In this document: positions 58,993-64,000 of the stretch, in pieces
Layout of the letters: the number at the start of each line of letters is the position of its first letter
Numbering within the stretch: the stretch's first letter is position 1
NCBI GenBank assembly: GCA_032718475.1
Contig: JAUCBJ010000603.1
Coordinates: forward strand, 25,470 to 89,469
Direction: 5' to 3'
From: Nemertoderma westbladi
Taxonomy: Eukaryota; Animalia; Xenacoelomorpha
DNA length: 64,000 nucleotides
The notes under the pieces: model-generated
Seen by the model: the letters and a program-made list of their open reading frames with translations, nothing else
The model's database searches: none
Told to the model about the DNA's origin: nothing
Position numbers and translations under genes: made by a program

Positions 58993-61900
58993 CAGCCCAG
59001 CTTGGGCTTTCCCTTACGTGATTACTCCAAAACATTAAACTGTAACCAGTTTGTTTATAGTTTTGGAAAAATAACGTGCCATATAACCTGCTCTTTTCCC
59101 GTAATTGGAAATTTAACATTTAACCTTGAGACGAGATTTGAATTTGCCGAGATTTATTTCCAGAGATTGAATGCCACGTGATCACTTGAATAACGGTGCT
59201 GTAACTAACATCAATGTTGAAACTTAAGGACGTTTAGATGATTAACAATGACAATAGTCTTTAAACGATTTACTCTTGTAACTCTGGCTTGTGGGGGAGC
59301 ATCCCTGCAAGTGGATTGATTCGGTTTAGTTACCGTTTTGCGATGCCCTATAAGTGGAATTGACGGGGGGTAATTGCCCCTTTTATTAGAGCAAACTGTT
59401 TGCGATGGGCAACCACGCCCGTTCCGAGCCCCGCGAAGGAAATGTGAATTAGTTGGACTTCATTTTATTTCGAGTTGAATGAGAGTTGCTATTCAAATTG
59501 GAATTGATTTCTAATGATTGCTGTGGAGTAAATGAGAGGTTTTAATGCCTGGGATGTGGGGAAAAGCTATCACAACTAATTTATTGTACGAATACACTAT
59601 TATTACATTTGGACTAGAGATCCATCTAATTTTATAGTTAAATAGATAGATTGATAGAAAATAATTTACTGATACTTCATCTATTTCTCTTTAATCTTTA
59701 TAATATACCTATATATCCCGGGTAATATAATGTGTTAAATATAAATACATTAGATTTATATCCCGTATACACACTATGTGCATTCGTCAAAAGTCAATAG
59801 TTAAAGTTACCCACTTTGTAAAATACCAGTAAACGGATGACACAATACTTTAACCTAAGCCGCACTTCTAAGCTTTAATCACAAGACGTCAAACACCCAA
59901 CCAAGTCTGAATGGCGGGTAGTTACTGATAGGCTGTTATCTGTAGGATATGACAGTAGCAATATGCCTAATATAAGATGAAGACAACTCCTCTTGTCATT
60001 ATGCCGATGACAAACCTCTCGCGAAATAACATGTATGATCATATTCGAACAGATAAATCCAAAGTCAAATTCAGTAAGATATTATGAATAAATTTACGTA
60101 TTACAAGATATGTATAATAGCTTTATTCATATATATTCCTTATGATCCCAAAGTATATGTATTATATTACTATATATAAGTATTAACTTCGCCCCAAATG
60201 TTTGTTTTGGTTTCATCAAGTTAAACAATTCGCATTATCAATAGCCAATAGGTTATCTTCTGATAGTATTGCTGATGTTTCTTTAATAAAGTAATGAGGC
60301 TTGATTGTACTGTACATGTACATGTACAACCTCTGTGACATCGTTATGCCAAAACATAGAGCGGTGCAACCCCGTAAGCACAACGGGTATATCTTACTGG
60401 GGCCTCTGATATCGTGGTGAAACAGATAAAAATATGGATTACCTTGTTCTATGGCGAGAATGTACTGCATAATACTACGGTAAATAATACACGTTGGTGA
60501 GGCCTTCGCGCAGCACGAGGCTTAGTTATGAGATACAGATTAATATTGAGCGATTCTACTGTATCACAAACTCGGTATTTAAAAAATTTAACCAAACACC
60601 AGTAAATCGAAGAGAGGGGATTAAAGCCCCCCCACCTCCATCAACGCCCCTCTCAATCTGCACCACCCCAACCCAAAGGTGCACAGGGGATTGATGAAAG
60701 GCAGGTATTAACAGGGAATTTGTGTTTTAAAAGTTATATATTATATTTTTTTAATATAACACAAAATACAACTGGAAGCGATTCACAAAAACTCATAAAG
60801 TAATATATTAAATATTTTAGGCGTGGAGGCGACCCGATTTGTAAGAAATATTAAAACTTACCTTATGCCGTTAGTATTGAAACTGAAATATTAATTTATC
60901 AACATTTTGTCAACGCCTCAACGAAATTATTTAGCTAATTATTCTAAAGAATCACGATTAAATACTCAACCAATCATTTTGTAAGGTAAACACAATAAGC
61001 AAGGAAGCTCTCTTATTAGTCTGGCTCATTACATTGCTGCCTTTCAATAGTGGTGAGGTGGGACGTGTTGGACTGGTTCCCAGTTAGGCTACAGTAGGCA
61101 ATAGCAAGCATGCCTTGGAATGAGGGAGCTAGAAGTAGTATAGAATTACGTTTAGATCAATTAAAAACACATTTCTTATAGCAAATCACTTGAACTAATT
61201 AAAAACTATAATGGAATGGGGTATGGGGATTACAGCTGTATAATTTTTAAGTATAATTATTTAAACTTATAAATAAAATAATTAATTTCTATTAAAAGTC
61301 ATGTTGAAAATGCTGTTTTTACCCTAACCAACTGAATTAATTTTAATTTAATTAATTACCTGCTATTATCTTAGCTTCTCGAAGGCCAGACGCAAATTCA
61401 ACTTGGAAAATTTCTAAACTTTTGCCAGACTACATGTGTACCAAGTTTGGTTAATTATCGAGATTTGTCTGATTTATTAACGTTTAAAATTGAACACAAC
61501 AGAACGACAAAACAACAGAGCAACAGAACGACAGACACATCGATTGAGTTAGTGGTACCTGTATGCTAAGCGTCGCTTATTTTCATGGCTGGCCCCACAG
61601 CTAACGCTCAGTAGCCTCAGCCTGTACTTCACCAAGGGCCGCCAATGCCCGTATTATTGATCAAGTCAACATTATTATTCTACAGCTTCAGGCTTTTACA
61701 TTAAGTATCTCATTCCGTCAATCCCACAGGGATAATAGCAATTATCTGATATCTGCACCTCAATACATTGTGTGATATGTGAATCATACTAATCATAGGG
61801 AGTCGATATATATAATGTAACCCGGGGAGGGTGGAATCTTCTTAGATACTTTACGATATCAACACCGCGCCGTGGGTGGAATATCGTTTTATCTGCATCG

Positions 61901-62380
61901 TTTTGCCATAGCCAACATAACCTGCGGGAGATGCCACTTGGCTGAGGGCGATTTGTACTGATACCGGTATAAGTTTCCCGATGATTAAAATAAGCTGTGT
62001 TGTTTTTAATGGGGCAAAGAAACAAAGACACTCATAGAAACACCACCGATAATGTATAGGCCTACATAATGTAATGTCAGGTACTTTGCCTCGATAGTTA
62101 GGCAATAAACATGTTGTTTATCAAACATGTTGGTTTCATGTTTTATTTTAATAATAGTGATCAGGGACGATTGCCATTTATTCACCATTGTTATGTTAAC
62201 TCCAAACGCAAGACTGAGTAATAATAATAGGTAATAATAATATGGGCCAGTTCAGAACCACACATGTATATAGGCCTATCATATTAATTTATGGCATAAT
62301 TAATACCGGACAAATCCTCGAATAAAAATTAAATGTAATATGAATGTGAGAACCGCTTAGGCTTAGTAAGCCAAGGAATA

Positions 62381-62562
62381 TCTGTTCACCACCATGGGTG
62401 ATCTTCCACAGTAAACCCTTCCACTCTGTTTCCTAAAGGAATGCCTGTTCACCACCATGATGGGTGATCTTCCACAGTAAACCCTCGGCACTCCGTTTCC
62501 TAAAGTAATGCCTGTTCACCACCATGGGTGATCTTCCACAGTAAACCCTACCACTCTGTTTC
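62381..62562. repeat. ~63-70-bp tandem repeat, 3 copies
   Basis: CTGTTCACCACCATGGGTGATCTTCCACAGTAAACCCT...CACTCTGTTTCC. Confidence 0.85.
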
Positions 62563-62718
62563 CCAAGTTGCCTTGGGAAAATTAAATGTAATAAAACCGC
62601 AATTAATTCCCTACACCAACCTCGGCAAATCCTTCGGCAAAGGGTGTTACTGGGTCTTGACAATGATTTGTTACCGTAGTAGTTACCTAATTTCTTAAGT
62701 GTGTATAATAGTTAATGT

Positions 62719-62936
62719 CTGTGCACCCTGCACCATGCACCATGCACCTGCACCCAGCACCATGCACCTGCACACTGCACCATGCACCCTGCACCCTGCA
62801 CCATGCACACTGCACCATGCACCTGCACCCAGCACCATGCTCCTGCACCTGCACCATGCACCATGCACCTGCACCCAGCACCATGCACCTGCACACTGCA
62901 CCCTGCACCCTGCGCCCTGCACCCTGCGCCCAGCAC
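62719..62936. repeat. TGCACC(A/C) 6-7-bp simple repeat
   Basis: Continuous TGCACCATGCACCTGCACCC array. Confidence 0.95.
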
Positions 62937-64000
62937 AGTGTACAGCTCATTGTTATAGTACAATACGTACGAAATCACTGTAATTATTAACGGCGTTAAG
63001 AAACGCCTCACAATTTATTTGATAAATACATTTGTGATTTAATTTATTTCTAACTCAATACAGTTACAATTGATACGGCAAAAGTTCAAAATAATTAATT
63101 TTTGAAAGTTTTATAGCTTCAATAATGGCTTCAATGATTGGGGCTTGTCGCCCTCTAGAAAGAAGTCATGTCAGGAAGAAGTAATTAAAAGTAGATACAG
63201 CGGTCTAATTTGTCTGAAAAACGCAAGAATGTTACATTGAACGTCCTAACCGAGCTATATCAGACTCTTTCTAAGTTTTTTCGTATTTTGAACCTAAATT
63301 ATTGCATTCAAATCCAAATCTGTGAAAAGCCTCAAATCACATCTAGCAATTCTCGCGAAATCTAGCAATATGATAGAGAATAAGAATATTATGATAGGGA
63401 ATATTCCAGATAAAGAGCTCGCTAATGTTTCAATGTAATGTTAAAACGCAGAAAGTTAGATAATTTTTGCCAGATTTGTAAATAATTGCAATTGTGGGCG
63501 CCGTATATGTGGCACTCCTAAATAAAATGCCAGAAAATTGTAAAACAAATAGTCATAATTAAATACACATTAAATATAATGTTGATAAATTGTTTGCATT
63601 TACACCAAACACATCGCTGGAACTCATCTATCCAGGAGCAGTGCTGTCTTCCTATGTAATCATAGACAGAAGAACAAAACCTTATCCGGGAAGAGTACAG
63701 TTAGTTTAAATTATCGGAAGTAGCATTGTATCCAATTGTCAGCTTTAATTTAAAACTTTCAGCCGAACTACAACGAATGTCAGAACATATCCGCTAATTT
63801 ACCGAGGCGTTTTGCGAAATTTACAGCCGCAGGAAAGGCGACAATGGCCGCGATTACTGGACGAAGAGGAAACCGTTTCCTGGTGGCGAACGCGTGTCAC
63901 CCAAACCCGACCCCGCCCCACCCCCGGAGGCTCACCAATTTTTTAATGTGATGAGAGAGTTGTCTTACTTACTCGCAATAGGATCTCAAGTTTCTATTTG

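Noticed and set aside
62687-63011. Cys/His-rich ORFs
   Set aside because: Simple TGCACC repeat that is open in most frames.

Overview
AT-rich, repeat-dense genomic DNA from a metazoan, probably an invertebrate. About 27 kb (6859-33695) is a nested LTR-retrotransposon stack. The outermost layer is an old, internally deleted BEL/Pao element on the minus strand. It was interrupted by a near-intact Ty3/gypsy element (7609-14740; TSD AAGT; tRNA-Pro PBS) and by a younger 14.3-kb BEL/Pao element (18209-32552; TSD ATTGT), whose 5' LTR carries a 265-bp non-autonomous Helitron. The most striking observation is a cargo ORF in the env position of the inner BEL/Pao. It encodes a DEDDy/WRN-Mut-7-like 3'-5' exonuclease domain followed, across a few disabling lesions, by three CCHC zinc knuckles. 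Outside the stack are: an intronless C2H2/acidic-repeat gene framed by inverted repeats and a palindromic 22-bp array; an intronless secreted protein with a beta-trefoil-like N-terminus and an aerolysin-type pore-forming C-terminus; a 5'-truncated RTE-like LINE with several decayed copies; foldback/MITE elements and many minisatellites; and the first exon of an eh1-motif developmental transcription factor. All domain calls were made by recognising motifs by eye; no searches were run.
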